Assembly (NCBI GenBank): GCA_964016885.1
Contig: OZ024740.1
Span: forward strand, 409,138,001 to 409,202,000
Reading direction: 5' to 3'
DNA from: Eledone cirrhosa
Lineage: Eukaryota
DNA: 64,000 bases
Shown piece by piece: positions 47,020 to 62,657 of the stretch. Both the position numbers and the translations under genes were made by a program. The notes beneath the pieces are model-generated. The model did not search any database, was not told the origin of the DNA, and saw nothing but the letters and a program-made list of their open reading frames with translations. Numbering within the stretch: the stretch's first letter is position 1; every line of letters starts with the position of its first letter.

Positions 47020-47170
47020 GATAGGGACCCCATTTCTACAGCTGAGTAAACTGGAGCAACGTGAAATAAAGTGTTTTGCCCAAGGAAAAAACACATCACC
47101 CGGTCTGAGAATTGAACTCACAACCTTTCGATTGCAAGCCCAATGCTGTAACCACTAAGCCATGCGCCTT
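47020..47170 (-). mobile_element. SINE family 1, 5' half
   Basis: Matches 4160-4320 (tRNA head and CORE-like block). Confidence 0.8.
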
Positions 47171-47489
47171 CACATACTGGTGGTTAAAGAGGACTCAGTT
47201 TCCTTCTCGGGATCCTGGTGGTTAAACAGGACTCAGTTCCCTTCAAAGCTCAGAGGCATCATCTCTTCCTTCTGCCACCCCTCATCAACTAGCCTCTCTG
47301 TTCTCTTCAGCTGCTCACCCACAAGGACACTGAATACGCAGCAGCCAGTGGATAACACGAAATGTCTTCATGACCGAGTCATTTGCTAATTAATTGAGGG
47401 TTATTTTTCTGCTGTCGTGTGTGTGGTTCGAACCACACGGTCCTCTGGCTCACACCTAATGTCCTGGTCTACTACTGCTCCAACGAACA

Positions 47490-48330
47490 GTATTCTCCAA
47501 GCCGACTTCCCTCGTCATGCCCGCGATATTTTCCTCTCAGTCAACCTGACTGTGGTAAAAAAGAATGACAGAAGTACCCAGCCAATCGAAGTGGGCAACG
47601 TCTTTCGTCGACTTGCGGCGAAGATAGTCATCAGACCAGTTATGGTCGACCTCAGTGTGGAACTGCGTCCTGTTCAGATCGAAGGGCTTAAATGCGGATG
47701 TAATGTTGCTGCTCATGCGACCAGACAGTTCATTGAGCATACATTCCCATCATCAGCTCACTTCCGCTATCATGTCCCCACAGTACACGTCGGTTCCCTC
47801 GGCGCACCTCCTTGAACGATATCATTAGGAGTGTTGACGCAGCCGGTTTCCCTTCACAATTGGAGCCTGCCGGGTTCGACCGTGGGGATGGTAAGCGCCT
47901 AGAGAGGATAACCCTTTTCCAGTACAAGGGGTAGTAAATCTCTAATTTGACACGTCACATGCTACATCATGTTCTCCGCCTCCAGCAGAGGCATAGCTAG
48001 GGAAAATAGCGTCTATGGCAAGCACTAAAATTGCGCCCCTGGCCAGCACTGTATTTTTACCTATAGGCCTAATAATTTATATAAATGGTTTAATGATCCA
48101 GCCTCAAGCCTTGTCGCATTGCAGAGGAGCAAAATACTGAGACTTGACCGACTGCTTCCTTCTCGTGTCGATCGCCGTCGAGACATTTGCTGTTCTCGGT
48201 CACGAAACAGTCGTTTTCCTTCGCAAAATTGTGGGTGCGTGTGGGGTGCAGGCTGCCTGATGAAGGAGGCCTGTGATATAGAGTGGTTGTTGCAGCGAGT
48301 GTCATTGGCTGTTCTTCCAGCAAAGCTTTC
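47490..48330 (+). mobile_element. CRE-like non-LTR retrotransposon remnant (RT N-part and restriction-like endonuclease pieces)
   Basis: KKND...PIEVGNVFRRLAAK..LRPVQ..AAHATRQF; LEPAGFDRGDGKR..ITLF; WLLQRVSLAV. Confidence 0.65.
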
Positions 48331-49749
48331 ATCTTTCCCCCGCGAGGGGTGTAAAGTTTGCCACTCCCCCTTCCTCTTATCTCCTTATGTTTTCCTTTCT
48401 TTTTTACTGCAAACATATAATTTAATTAAAATTTATTGAATACAATAACAACATCTTTGTTTCAGAGTACACTCTGTCCATGGAGAGGCTTTTGTCCACA
48501 TTAGTCTTCCCATTAGTCTTGGCTTTGCATTTTCGCTAGCTGCTTAATGTTTTTAGTTTGCACGGCCGCACCTTTTCCAGTTACACACTTATTACAAAGT
48601 TTATATTGAATTTATTGGTGTATCTTCGTCATTTATTTGCAATTGCAGTCTTTTGATGGACTCTAAGTATCTAAACATCCCTATTGCTGGTGTTTTATAT
48701 AACAGTTTATTTTAGAACACCACCTTGGTTTAATTTAACTTATATATCCCCTCTGACTTGATTTGAGTGTCTGCTTTTTCGCTTGTTGTAAAAAAGGATT
48801 CGTTTCACTGATCAGGTGATCTATTTGCTGTCAACACCCGCTGTGAGAAGGACTAAGTACGCTGTGACTGATAAAACGGAGATATGCGCTGAGGCTGCGA
48901 TATTTTCAGAGTTTCCTTGACAGTGAACATGTGCAATCACCGTTTGCTAGATGCGTGTTTCCCCAAATAATTTCTTTGGCAGCTGCAGTTTTGGGTCAAG
49001 CGAAGACGTGTGTGGCATATTGTCAACTGGAGTGTCGTAAGGCAGTCACAGCTCTTTGTCAGTGAGACAATGCAGTCGATGGAAACTCCACTTAGGTGTT
49101 CTACTGAAAATTAGTTGTGAGTAAAAGCGACGACGTTCCCGAGAAAAGTGAGTTCGACGAAAATCAGCTTGCTAGTCTTTTCCAGAGGTGTTTTGGTCCA
49201 GGGTTAATGAATAACCGAAGATTCCTACTACTCCCAACCAGGGCTGACGAAACCTTTTTCTCAAAAGAACCAAAAACTTTGTTTAAAAAGTACCAAAATA
49301 TGCAGAAACGTCCCAAATTCAATTACATCAATATGAAAACCTCACAAATGTAAAAAACAAAACAAAAAAAAAAAAAAACGAAATTATTTTACATTTACTT
49401 TATATATTTTAATTAAAAAGAAATGTCTTCTTTCACACTTTTCTTGCTGTACCACAGTTTCTTTCTTGCAGTTGGAGACAAAGTTGTTGTGAATGCCACT
49501 TAGTACAGTCAACATTTTGCAGCAGAGACTTTAATCTTAGCAGGACATTCAATGTTGTTTTTAAAACATTGCAGTTTACAGGAGAGTGGGTCGTGGGAAA
49601 GCCGCAAGCTGAAAGTTTTGAAAGCCTTAAACCCCACAAAAGTAATAAAAGAGTAAGACGAAACCAGAAATTCGACCAACTCACCAACAAGAGCAAAACA
49701 ACCACCACGATAGCTGTAAAAACAGAAACCAACAGAAGGAACAGCCAAA

Positions 49750-49775
49750 CAAACAACAACAACAGCAGCAACAGT

Positions 49776-49806
<31 letters not shown>

Positions 49807-49847
49807 ACAACAACAGCAGAAACAGCAGCAGTAGCAGCAGCAGCAGC

Positions 49848-49878
<31 letters not shown>

Positions 49879-49880
49879 GC
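49750..49880. repeat. (CAA/CAG)n trinucleotide microsatellite
   Basis: Direct inspection. Confidence 0.95.
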
Positions 49881-50249
49881 ATTCACTAAAACTGCAACAA
49901 CCTAAACTTTCCGCTATATCCCGGCTGTCCAGAAGGACGACAGTAAATGGAGTATCTAAACAAACACAATGACACAACAGACGAGACTGAACAAAATGAA
50001 TTTCTCTTAAACACAAAAGTAAACAAATTCTTATTACAGATAACACTATGGGTCTATGCAGGACTCCTGGAAAGTTTGACACGTAATATAGGAGACTCTA
50101 AAAAAATGCCCAAGTAAAATATTCTTCAGAGACGCTTCGGGCCTCCCAACAAGAACAGTGCTAACTCCTCGGATTACTAAGGATTAATACAAAATCAGGG
50201 TGCGTGACTCACTCCCATTTTCCTTTATTTTCCTCTCTTCCCTTTTGAA

Positions 50250-52915
50250 TGGCCACACTGAAAATAGAAATCAAGGACACCAACTCAGTGACCTCAGAGC
50301 ACTACGTTTGGATATGGTAGCTACTAGCAAGACCAGGATTTCCGATATGCACTCTTTGACTCTGCTCCGAGACGACTACAAAATCTATTTCTTGCTGTCA
50401 ACCCGGCTGGAGTAGTGTAGCAGTGCTTTTTCGGGAAGTAGTGGACCTAGAGATAAGAACGATTTCCCTGTAAATGGAAGGTAGAACGGTGGTCATAGAT
50501 GTAAGCAGCAGTGAAGGGGATGTGGTTGTTTTCAAACTAGTAGCAGTTTATTCCCTGAAAAGAAATGAAAAGGTGGACTTCTTTTGACGTCTAGAGACTA
50601 TCCTCGGAACATCTCGCTCATTAGTATTACTGGATGATTAGAACATCATTTTGGATGGACACAGACACTATCTAGAGATAGTCGACAAGTGAGGGGGATG
50701 CGAAAGCCTTAGAACCCTACCAAAGCACTTCCAGTTGTTTGATAGGTTTCGCCTGGATTTCCCGAATGCACCAACGTGGAATTAGACAAATCGCAGAGGG
50801 ACACCCATGTCATATTTATATAGAGTTTTTATCAGAGTAGATGATAGAATCAGCGTTAGTTGTCAATAAATTTCAGGTATTGGAGTATAGGAAGTAAAGA
50901 TTTTTTATTTGTACAGTCAACTTAGTACAAACTAATAGACAGGGTCTTGGTCACAGGAAATTAAACGCATTCTTGCCTACATGGAAAGATTTCAGGGACC
51001 GGGGTTGTGAACTAGTCAAACGGGAAATTGCTGGGGTTATCATAAACAGTTGCTGGGATTTGTTAAAGAGAAAGAAATTAGTGCAGTATCGATGAGTTTC
51101 AGCAAAGAGTTAAAAGACCAGAATTCTAACCCTAGTGCAGTTTTCCCACAGCACTTTGTTGAACATTTTGCGAAGGGCGACATATTAGGGAGGTGAGACT
51201 TCTATGCCTGCCTCAACAACGTGGTGCGATTCTCAACCAATAAGGTGGAGTGCTACGAAAAACAAATCTCAGCACAAGGAGTGGTGGACGCGCCAAGCCA
51301 GTGTGTGAGGGAGAAATCACCAGGATTAAATGTTCTACTATTCAATGTCTATTGCAACTGACAGCCGTCTTGTCATGTGAGCCAGGGAACGGTCACATTG
51401 CTAAGAAAGGAATTGAACAAGGGAGACGTGATAGAGAACTCCAGGCCTGTAATTCTACTGAACATAGAACTGATGGTTTTGGCAAAGGTGCCCATCAAGA
51501 GATTGGCGCTTGTCATCTCTAGTAGATCTGTCCATAACCACCTCCTCCTCGTGAGATTCACCGTAGAGCGTGTCTGAAGAAGACCTGGCTTTGATGGGGA
51601 ACTGGTCAAAGATCAGTTCAAAGCTTTCGACAGGCTCAACCATTTCTTCATGGAAGTTATTGTAAGAGCAGCTGTTTCGACCCTGTTTCGATTTAGGCAT
51701 TTGTTCGATGGTCAAACAAAACAGCCATTTAGCGAAACCCTTCCATATCAAGAATTCGACCACCAGACATGCCTTGTATCTCCTGTACCCTTTTCTCTCT
51801 TCCCGATATGTTCATTTTGGGGCCTTTTCTGCAGAAAAGAGTAATCTTAAGAGGAATTCCGCTTGAACCAGGTCGCAAGATAGCCGTGTCAAATACAGAG
51901 TTAGTCAGCACCATGCTGCGGTTTTTACTGGAGCGTGTTACTGGAGCTTGCATTTAACTGGGACAAGTCAGGGGGCTTGCAACTCGGCACGTAGTGAGGA
52001 AGTCCGATGCCGACCGGCAGAGATTTCTGGCACTGGACCGACAGCCTTGTTATTCTCATGGAAGCCACCTACTCCAACTTACAGTAGAACGGGAGTATTC
52101 CCGGTTCTGTCGGGGCGTAGTAACGCTTATTAAGAAAGACGAGAACAAGAGGAACCTTATTGATAATTTCCGGTCCATAACTCTGCTAAATACATAGGTT
52201 AAAAGTTGCTACCAACGAGGTTGGCGCTTGTTGTCGACCAGGTCCATACACCAGATCTATACACGACAACCTCCACTTCATGCGATACGTCATAGCTAGA
52301 GTAAAGAGTAAACCTGGCTTCGGTTGGGTCCTGATCAATTTGGATCAATCGAAAGCTTTCGATGGGGTCGATCATCGATACCTGAAAGCTGTCCTCAAGG
52401 CAGCCGGCTTTGGTCCCATCTTCAGAGGCTGGATCGCTGCAATGCACAGCGGCATCTGCTCGGTAGTCAAATTCAACGGCCACCTATCAGAACCGTTCCA
52501 GATCGGGCGTTCTGTTCGTCAAGGATGCCCTCTTTTTTCCTTTCTGTAGTATTGACTCTCGAGCCATTACTGCGGAAGCTGGAGCCGTTGCAGGGCATCC
52601 CACTCGAACCGGGACGTGGAAGGGCTGCGTCAGCATATGCGGACAACGTCTCTGTGATAGTATCGAGAGCCTCGGAAATTGAGGTGGTTAGTAACCTTTT
52701 AGATGAAAGATTGACGGGTCAAAGATCAACACGGAAAGTTGGTTGGTTTGCAGCTGGCACCGGAAGAGGCAAATCCATGCTGTTCAACAGCGATGTCGGA
52801 CGCTGGATGGACGGATCGGTGAAGTTGCTTGGGAGCTGGTTTAGGCTAGATCTCTAGGTGGATGAGAACTGGGACGAGGTAACAAGCAGGGTGGAGCCGA
52901 GAGGAAGCTATCCCT
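50250..52915 (+). mobile_element. Decayed L1/Tx1-clade LINE sequence with two partial RT segments
   Basis: GVVTLIKK..DNFRSITLLN, LINLDQSKAFDGVDHRYL, SVRQGCPL, LEPLLRKL, SAYADNV; a more decayed parallel segment at about 51380-51970. Confidence 0.8.
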
Positions 52916-53085
52916 GAAATGATAATTGGGAAAAACACACATATGCATATCCTCAATAACCAAAACGGAACACAAATCCTAGCTTTGTTAGTCTTAAGCT
53001 GGAGCAGATAAGATAACTTTAGAAATTTAGATTCGAAAGTTTGAAGAATAATGATTATATAGCATTTTGATGCTAATAAAATTAA

Positions 53086-53270
53086 TTGTTTCTACTTTTT
53101 GGCACAAGGCCAGCAATTACCCAGTGCATTACTGGTACTTTTATTTTATCGACCCCGTAAGGATGAAGGGCAAAGTTAACCTCGGCGGGATTTGAACTCA
53201 GAATGGCAAGGATCGTAACTCTATGCGTCAAAGCATGGTGTCCGACCTTCTACCGATACTGCCAATCCAC
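53086..53270 (-). mobile_element. Nin-like SINE (family 2)
   Basis: Matches 10346-10530. Confidence 0.8.
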
Positions 53271-53547
53271 CAAATGGTACTCGTACAGAGTGGGTGGGGT
53301 AAATTTGTTGTGAAGAATATATTTGGAGAGAGAAAGAATTCGATCGCGAATACAAGTGGCCGAAATGGGGTCCTCCAAGGGTCTTTTGAGGAACGTTACT
53401 TACCAAGATACGTAGCTCGGAGTTCAGGTTGTTGCTCTATGTAGTTTTATATACATTACTTATTCAGATATTTCATCTTCAAGTGTCGAGCAAAGCTTCT
53501 TGAATTTTCACTTTGTCCCCTTCCTTTCCTTCACTTGTTTGTGGTTA

Positions 53548-54305
53548 TCTTCTTCTTCTTCTTCTTCTTCTTCTTCTTCTTCTTCTTCTTCTTCTTCTTC
53601 TTCTTCTTCTTCTTCTTCTTCTTCTTCTTCTTCTTCTTCTTCTTCTTCTTCTTCACACACTTAGAGAGTCGTGGGGGCAGCGTCCTCAAACACTTCTTCC
53701 AGCGGGTCCTGTCAGAAGCAACCGTCTCCAACTGATCCGGCTGGATTCCCAAGCGAGACCAGCCTAGCTCAAGGATGTTATCAAACCATCTTGCTCGGGA
53801 TCTACCACTGAGTCTCCTGCCGGCTGGTTTTGCCCGTAAAATCTGTCCAGTGATTCTTTTCTGAGACATTCTAACCACATGTCCATAGTATCGGAGCTGT
53901 GATCTCTCAATTCGGAGAAGTAATGGCTCTCTGATCTCTGAGCTATGCACTCTATGGAGTAACGCAACCCCAAAGATCCTTCGGAGGAACCCCATTTCGG
54001 TTGCTTGTATTCGCGATCATATTCTTTTGGTTATTACCCAAAATTCATGGCTATAGGTAAGAATTGTCATGAATACCAAATTGAAGATAGCGAGTTTGGC
54101 TTTTACCGAATGTTGAAGCTGGCGCATTACTGCACTAGCTCCTGCAATTCGTGTACACTATTCAGCCTCCTACCTTCCATCACTCGTGAACACGGCTGCG
54201 AGATACTTGAATTCCATCTAGTTCAGTGGAACTCTATTCACATGTAGAATGCACTGCGTAGGCTTCCTTGAGAGGACATGTGTCTCAGTTTTCGCAGCAC
54301 TGATT
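53548..54305 (-). mobile_element. RTE-group LINE 3' fragment (different family) ending in a (GAA)n tail
   Basis: Minus strand EMGFLRRIFGV, IERSQLRYYGHVVRMS, GRR..GR.RARW.D; FKYL near 54205; (CTT)n at 53548-53654. Confidence 0.8.
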
Positions 54306-54826
54306 CATCTATTTAATTAATTTAGTTGTCTTGTTTCAGCCATCTTCACGCACCAACCACTGATTTTCTGTTTACATTGTTAGACTCCCACATTAAATAA
54401 GTACCACATGTAGTCAGTGTTGTTCCTCAACAGGCAATGTTTTAACACATTAAGCTGTCATTGCAACCTCGATCCCTGATGGAAACCATTTCATTGCGTT
54501 ATGTCCCTAATGCGCTTGTGTAGTGTATTAAGTGTAATTTTTTCTATTTTCTTGCTCTTTAAAATAGAAAACCTTTGTGTCTAGCTAAAACAAACCAAAC
54601 AAATAGAATAACATATATAAATTATCCGATTGTTTCCATTCAAAATAAAAAAAAAAGAAATTCGAAGCTTCGTTTCTGTTATTTAGTCATTTGAAGCGGG
54701 ACAACAATGTACATTTTATTTTTATCTATAATTTGATTAAGAAATCATTTAAAACATTAATGTTTATAATTTGTGTTAATCATAATTGCAATGAAGCTTC
54801 AGGAATTTCTCACAAAAATAAAACCG

Positions 54827-55908
<1,082 letters not shown>

Positions 55909-55990
55909 TCTACACTCTACTCTGCTGAATATCGAGTGCTAATTTTGGCATACCGCCTATGGAAGCACCTTAGCTACTATTATACACAAC

Positions 55991-56013
<23 letters not shown>

Positions 56014-56021
<8 letters not shown>

Positions 56022-59000
56022 TAAAATAACAAATTAAAGTTTAAGCAAAGAATCGCTGCTTTCACCCTTAACGGGATCTTCTGAAACTAACAAAGTCAAT
56101 CTGTAAACGCAGAACTGGATATTTAAAAAAACGTTGCAACCGGAGGAAGACAGGAAGACGATACTTTGGTTCGTGGTAACGTTCGCTGGCTAAGAACGGG
56201 AAAAAACGAATATAATACGTCATTAATAGGAGCGGTGAAAAACAATTACGTGCAAGGACAGAACCACGTTTATAGTATAATAGAGGTCGTAGACTAATGT
56301 TCTCTTAGGTGGTGCATAGAGATGTTCTCTGGCGATGAACGAAAAAAACGAAGATAATACGTTATATGTGGAACGTGGAGAACAATAGCACGCAAAGACG
56401 AAACCACGTAAATGGTATAGCAGAAGTCGTAGAATAAATTCTAACTAGGAGACCGAATGAATCTCCGCTACGGAGTTAAGAACAAAGTAAATAAATACAA
56501 TACATAAGTAATAGAAATAAATAAATACATACACGCAAACAGAAACGTACATACACAAGCATACGCAAAAGCTTACCATAGGTAAACAAAACCACGCACA
56601 TATAAATATGTGTGTGTGTGTAAGCGTGTATACAAATAAATAAATAATTATATAAACGTATATAAATAAATAAATACGTATATAATAAGCGCACACACAT
56701 ACCTACATGTAAATACACAAATGTTCGGAGACGTAAGTCAACCAAAACATGAAGTACACATATACACACGCCCTACATACGTACGAACCTGCATACTCAC
56801 ACAGACGCAAAACTCCCGTATACACATAGTCGAACCATATGTACCAGAATATATAAAAAGATGATACGCCATAACAATCAAATATACGTACGAGAAGGTA
56901 TACGTAGCTTCACAAAGCATACGGATAATATATACTTACCTATGCAAATAAGTAAAGGTGTACTGATCTTATCGGCCTTTTCCTTCTGTTCTTTATCAAG
57001 GACGAATTCCCCAACGCGGGCGGTGGTTTGTACCGTGACGATGGTCTTTTGACCATGACTAAGTGCGGACCTCGTGCTTGCGACAGGTTCAGAAAAGAAC
57101 TCACAGCCTTCTTTAAAGGCTTCAACCTCTCTATACAGGTTGAGGCCAATCTCTCGGTCGTTAATTACCTCGACGTTACCCTCAACCTATTGAATGGGTT
57201 GTATTACTCGTATAGAAAGCCGAATGATACACTTAATTACATAAGTAAGCATTCCAACCATCCCGCCAGCATAACCAAGAACCTGGTAAGAAACGTTTCG
57301 TTGAGGCTTTCCCGTCTTTCCACCAACGAGCGTATTTTCAACGACCATTCCACTTATTACAATGAAGCTCTTGCTCGAAGTGGATTTGTCGATAAGGTAG
57401 CATATACAGAGTACGAAAATAGACCTAGAAGAAATAGATCCCGTCGCATTTGTTGGTATAACCCACCATATAATATGGAGGTGGCCACACCATTAGCTAA
57501 GATCTTTCTTTCCCTTATTACGAAGCATTTTCCCCCTACACATAAATATAGTAAAATTTTTAATAGAAATACTATTAAAATTTCTTATTCTACGACTCCT
57601 AACCTTGCACATAACATCACAGCTTCTAATTTAGCTAAACTACCTAGCCGTAGGAACACGTGCAACCCTGTAGTTAGTACTAACTGTAATTGTAGGAATC
57701 GGGTTGATTGCCCCCTATCCGGTAAATGCCTCTCTAGTAACATTGTCTACAAATGTGAGGTTGTAACACCCACGTCCCGTAAGGCCTACATAGGGTTAAC
57801 CGCCAATAGATTCAAGCAGCGTCTTTACATGCATACCCATTCTTTTCGTTACCCTCTAAGAAGGAATATGACGTCACTTTCAGCTTATATCTGGAGTCTA
57901 AAAGACAACCACACCCAATATAAGTTACACTGGGAGATCCTAGCGAGGGCTAGATCGTATAACGGAAATAAAAGACCATGTGACCTCTGCGCCGCTGAGG
58001 CCCTGGAAATACTCTACGCCACAGACCACATCTGAAACAAAAAATCTGAGGCAATTTCGGCTTGTAAACATAAATTGCACAAAACTTTCCTGTATTACAG
58101 CCCCACGTTATACCCTAACGGATAGTACGATCTATACGTGGATATTTTACGTCTCGATGTGGGAGCTAAGTATATGTTTTGTTTATACCATTACTTATTT
58201 GCATAGGTAAGTATATATTATCCGTATGTTTTGTGAAGCTACGTATACCTTCTCGTACGTATATTTGATTGTTATGGCGTATAATTTTTTTAATATATTC
58301 TGGTACATATGGTTCGACTATGTGTATACGGGAGTTTTGCGTCTGTGTGAGTATGCAGGTTCGTACGTATGTAGGGCGTGTGTATATGTGTACTTCATGT
58401 TTTGGCTGACTTACGTCTCCGAACATTCGTGTATTTACATGTAGGTATGTGTGTGCGCTTGTTATATACGTATTTATTTATTTATATACGTTTATATAAT
58501 TATTTATTTATTTGTATACACGCTTACACACACACACATATTTATATGTGCGTGGTTTTGTTTACCTATGGTAAGCTTTTGCGTATGCTTGTGTATGTAC
58601 GTTTCTGTTTGCGTGTATGTATTTATTTATTTCTATTACTTATGTATTGTATTTATTTACTTTGTTCTTAACTCCGTAGCGGAGATTCATTCGGTCTCCT
58701 AGTTAGAATTTAGTCTACGACTTCTGCTATACCATTTACGTGGTTTTGTCTTTGCGTGCTATTGTTCTCCACGCTCCACATATAACGTATTATCTTCGTT
58801 TTTATCGTTCATCGCCAGAGAACATCTCTATGCACCACCTAAGAGAACATTAGTCTACGACCTCTATTATACTATAAACGTGGTTCTGTCTTTGCGCGTA
58901 TTGTTTTTCACCGCTCCTATTAATGACGTATTATATTCGTTTTTTCCCGTTCTTAGCCAGCGAACGTTACCACGAACCAAAGTATCGTCTTCCTGTCTTC

Positions 59001-59215
59001 CTCCGGTTGCAACGTTTTTTTAAATATCCAGTTCTGCGTTTACAGATTGACTTTGTTAGTTTCAGAAGATCCCGTTAAGGGTGAAAGCAACGATTCTTTG
59101 CTTAAACTTTAATCTGTTATTTTAATAAATATTTGCTCTACGGTTCTTATATATTTGATATATATTTATCCTTATCGAGCCCTCTTTGGATTTTAGTCTT
59201 CAAATTTATTATTAT
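56014..59215 (+). mobile_element. Penelope-like element with inverted 5' pseudo-LTR (arms 56014-56955 and 58191-59132)
   Basis: 335-aa ORF 57028-58035: YRDD, VNYLDVTLNL, WYNPPY, CNC..CPL.GKCL, IVYKC..AYIGLT..FKQRL..H, CDLC; 942-bp near-identical inverted arms. Confidence 0.95.
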
Positions 59216-59297
<82 letters not shown>

Positions 59298-60156
59298 TAA
59301 TATAGAAATGGATTCTACAGGTCTATAACTGTTTCATTCGGGAGAAATCACCAGGAAGCAGCCGACTGTCCAAGTAATCAATTCATAGGTTAAAAACAGA
59401 ATGAAAAACAGAATGAAATAGTCAGTATGAAGAGCAAAAAAAAAAAATATAAACCTAAAATTAAATGAAATATAAATAATGAGCGGTATCTGAGTGGTGG
59501 GAGAGTGACCATCTGACTGATAAAATGACAAGTCAGTCAATCATATTGGTGGCTTCCACACAGCCCCGGCGGACAGAATGGAGAAGGCGTTTACCGGGAG
59601 GACGGCAAGGGAGATGCGCTGGAAAAGTCATTTCAGCTCGCGAGGCTCACAACTCAGCGCCTATGGTGATGAGTAGGGAGGTAACCCTAGGGCTGAGGAC
59701 ACCAGAAGTCTCCACAGCAAACCTGTCGGAGAGCGACCGAATAGATATCACATGTTGGTATATCTTACAGCTGTAATCAGTGCCACTAAAGTTATGAGCG
59801 TTTCTCCAGTTTGAAATTTTCTTACTTTTCGACGCAGAATTCTTTAGACGTGTACCAGAGAAGCACAGATAAGAGCAATTTACTATATTCTATCACTACT
59901 AACCGAAGGTGAACTCGAAAGGTAATGATGACATGTAACATTGTACTCAAGCTTTGTGATTGTGTTTTCCTTTACCCAATGTCTTCAGTGGCATAGATAG
60001 TCTTTCGTTTTCTCCAAATATCATATTATAATTTAGAAAAGTCTCCCATTTCTATCTCTTTATTTTACTGAGTTTCTTTTTAGACAAATGTGTTTTCATA
60101 GAATGAAAATCCAATTGAAGCATATTAAGATTGCCTAAAAGAAATATGTAAATTTA

Positions 60157-60343
60157 ATTGTTTCTACTTTAGGCACAAGATCTGTATTACCCCAGTACAT
60201 TACTTGTACTTTATTTTATCGACCCCGTAAGGATGAAAGGCAAAGTTAATTTCGTCGGGATTAGAACTCAGAAAGTAAATGGGCGTAACTCTATGCTGCA
60301 AAGCATGGCGTCCGACCCTCTACCGATACTGCCAATCAACCGC
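60157..60343 (-). mobile_element. Nin-like SINE (family 2)
   Basis: Matches 10346-10530. Confidence 0.78.
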
Positions 60344-60699
60344 CCAAAAATATGAAAATTTAATATAATTTAGTAATGGTAAAATTTAGACCCAAAGCAA
60401 GAAAACACCCCGTTAAAACATTAAGATGCAAAGTCAATAACATAGAAACAAATCTCTGTAAGTTAGAATTTCAATTTGGATACGTTAAAATGAGAAATGG
60501 CAACAAGTAATATGAATGTCAACTAAAATGGGAAGATGTACGCCCTGAAAACATAAAGAGAATTGGTTAGCTGTTGCATTTCCAGTAGATGAACAAAAAT
60601 ATATTAGAGCAGTGTTGGGATATACATAGACATGTCAATAGTTAAAGGTCAACAGCAAACACCCGCACATCCACACAAATACAGACATGCACACATAGT

Positions 60700-61366
60700 C
60701 ACACACACACACACTCTCACACTTATATACATACATACATACATACATACATACATACATACATACATACATACATACATACATACATACGTACACATAT
60801 ATATACATGCATACACGTACATACATACACATACACATACATACATACATACATACATACATACATACATACATACACACATACACACATATATACATAC
60901 ATACATACATACGTACACCCACATACATACATACACACACACATACATACATACACACACATACATACATACATACGTACACATATACATACATACATAC
61001 ATGCATACACATACATACATACACACACACATACATACATACATACATACATACATACATACATACATACATACACACATACACGTACATACAGACAGAC
61101 ATACACACACATACATACGTACACACACACACATACATACATACATAAATACATACATACATGCATACATACATGCATACATACAGGCATGCATGTATGT
61201 ATACACAGAAATATATATTGGTTTAACATCACTGATTTCCGTTTTCAATAGAGGCCATCACCATTTTATGCTCTTTTTGATTACTTGCTTCTCATCTTTT
61301 CCTACTCAATTAGATATAACATACATTCATACATGTACACATACACACATACACACATAAATGCAT

Positions 61367-61403
<37 letters not shown>

Positions 61404-61680
61404 CATAGACATATACATAGACACACATGTATACATACATGCATGTATACATACATACATATATATATATATACATACATTCATACATACGTACCTACAA
61501 ACATATATACCCACATGAATATATACATAACAGATGGTGCCATCAACAAGAGTCGTGCAGACGAAGATAATGATTCAAAATTGCATTTCAGCGTTCGTTT
61601 TAACATTTTGCTCTACAATTATGCCGACTTACGCCAGCCCTAGATCCGTAGCTTGGTTTTAAGTACACACACACACACAC

Positions 61681-61769
<89 letters not shown>

Positions 61770-61770
61770 C
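60700..61770. repeat. (CATA)n, (TA)n and (CA)n microsatellite cluster
   Basis: Direct inspection. Confidence 0.9.
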
Positions 61771-62134
61771 ACATTGAATAAGAAAATGCAAAGTAGTTTC
61801 AGATGTTAAAGTTCTTTAATGATAATGCTGTGATACATATTTCAATGACGACAGTGGTGACCCTCTTCGGTGTTTCCAGTGCCGTGACATCATCAGACAG
61901 CTTCTTAGATAATAAGGTTATGTACCCGAGGTAATCCAAATTGAATTGACAATTGAGTCGGGGTCCTGACTCTTTTCATATACATATATATATATTAGTA
62001 TGTGTTGGTTGTTTACCGACACCTCAGTATGCAGGTTAGAACACTCGACGAAGTACGCAGGTTGGTTTGTTTACTCCGGAGTAATGTAAAATAAGTCAAA
62101 CATGTTAAATTTGGCTTCGTTTATTATAAATTCT

Positions 62135-62187
62135 CTGCTATATATATTTCAGTGACAGCTATTATTGGCTGTGACCTCATCAGGCAG
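62135..62187 (-). ncRNA. Type I hammerhead ribozyme (left arm of palindrome)
   Basis: Exact reverse complement of 62279-62331. Confidence 0.75.
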
Positions 62188-62278
62188 TACGAATTAATGT
62201 AGAAAAAACAGGTAAACATAGTGTTGAAATGTGTTCACTCAACACCATGTTTACCTGTTTTTTCTACATTAATTCGTA

Positions 62279-62331
62279 CTGCCTGATGAGGTCACAGCCA
62301 ATAATAGCTGTCACTGAAATATATATAGCAG
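62279..62331 (+). ncRNA. Type I hammerhead ribozyme (right arm of palindrome)
   Basis: CTGC-CTGATGA-GGT.ACAGC..GCTGT.ACT-GAAA-TATATA-TA-GCAG. Confidence 0.75.
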
Positions 62332-62582
62332 AGAATTTATAATAAACGAAGCCAAATTTAACATGTTTGACTTACTTATTTTATATATATATGAAAAGAG
62401 TCAGGGCCCCGACGGCTGAGCTCCGAACGTTCGGATCTAGCTGTCGAAACAGCCGGAGCTCAGCTGTCGGGGCCCTGATTTTTTTCCTATTACCCACTCT
62501 ACTACCCTAAGTATCGATTACTCTGGTGCGTTATGGTCCACCTGGTTCATTACCACACTTTCTTTGTTATATACATATATAC

Positions 62583-62657
<75 letters not shown>

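Noticed and set aside
49433-50082. Poly-Leu/Cys/Asn/Gln ORFs
   Set aside because: Products of the (CAA/CAG)n microsatellite
59525-59776. GC-richer 83-aa ORF
   Set aside because: No recognisable domain or splice structure
60632-61518. His/Thr/Tyr/Ile ORFs
   Set aside because: Translations of (CATA)n microsatellite
61850-61900. Possible minus-strand hammerhead (CTGATGA..GAAAC..GTC)
   Set aside because: Stems I and II do not pair convincingly
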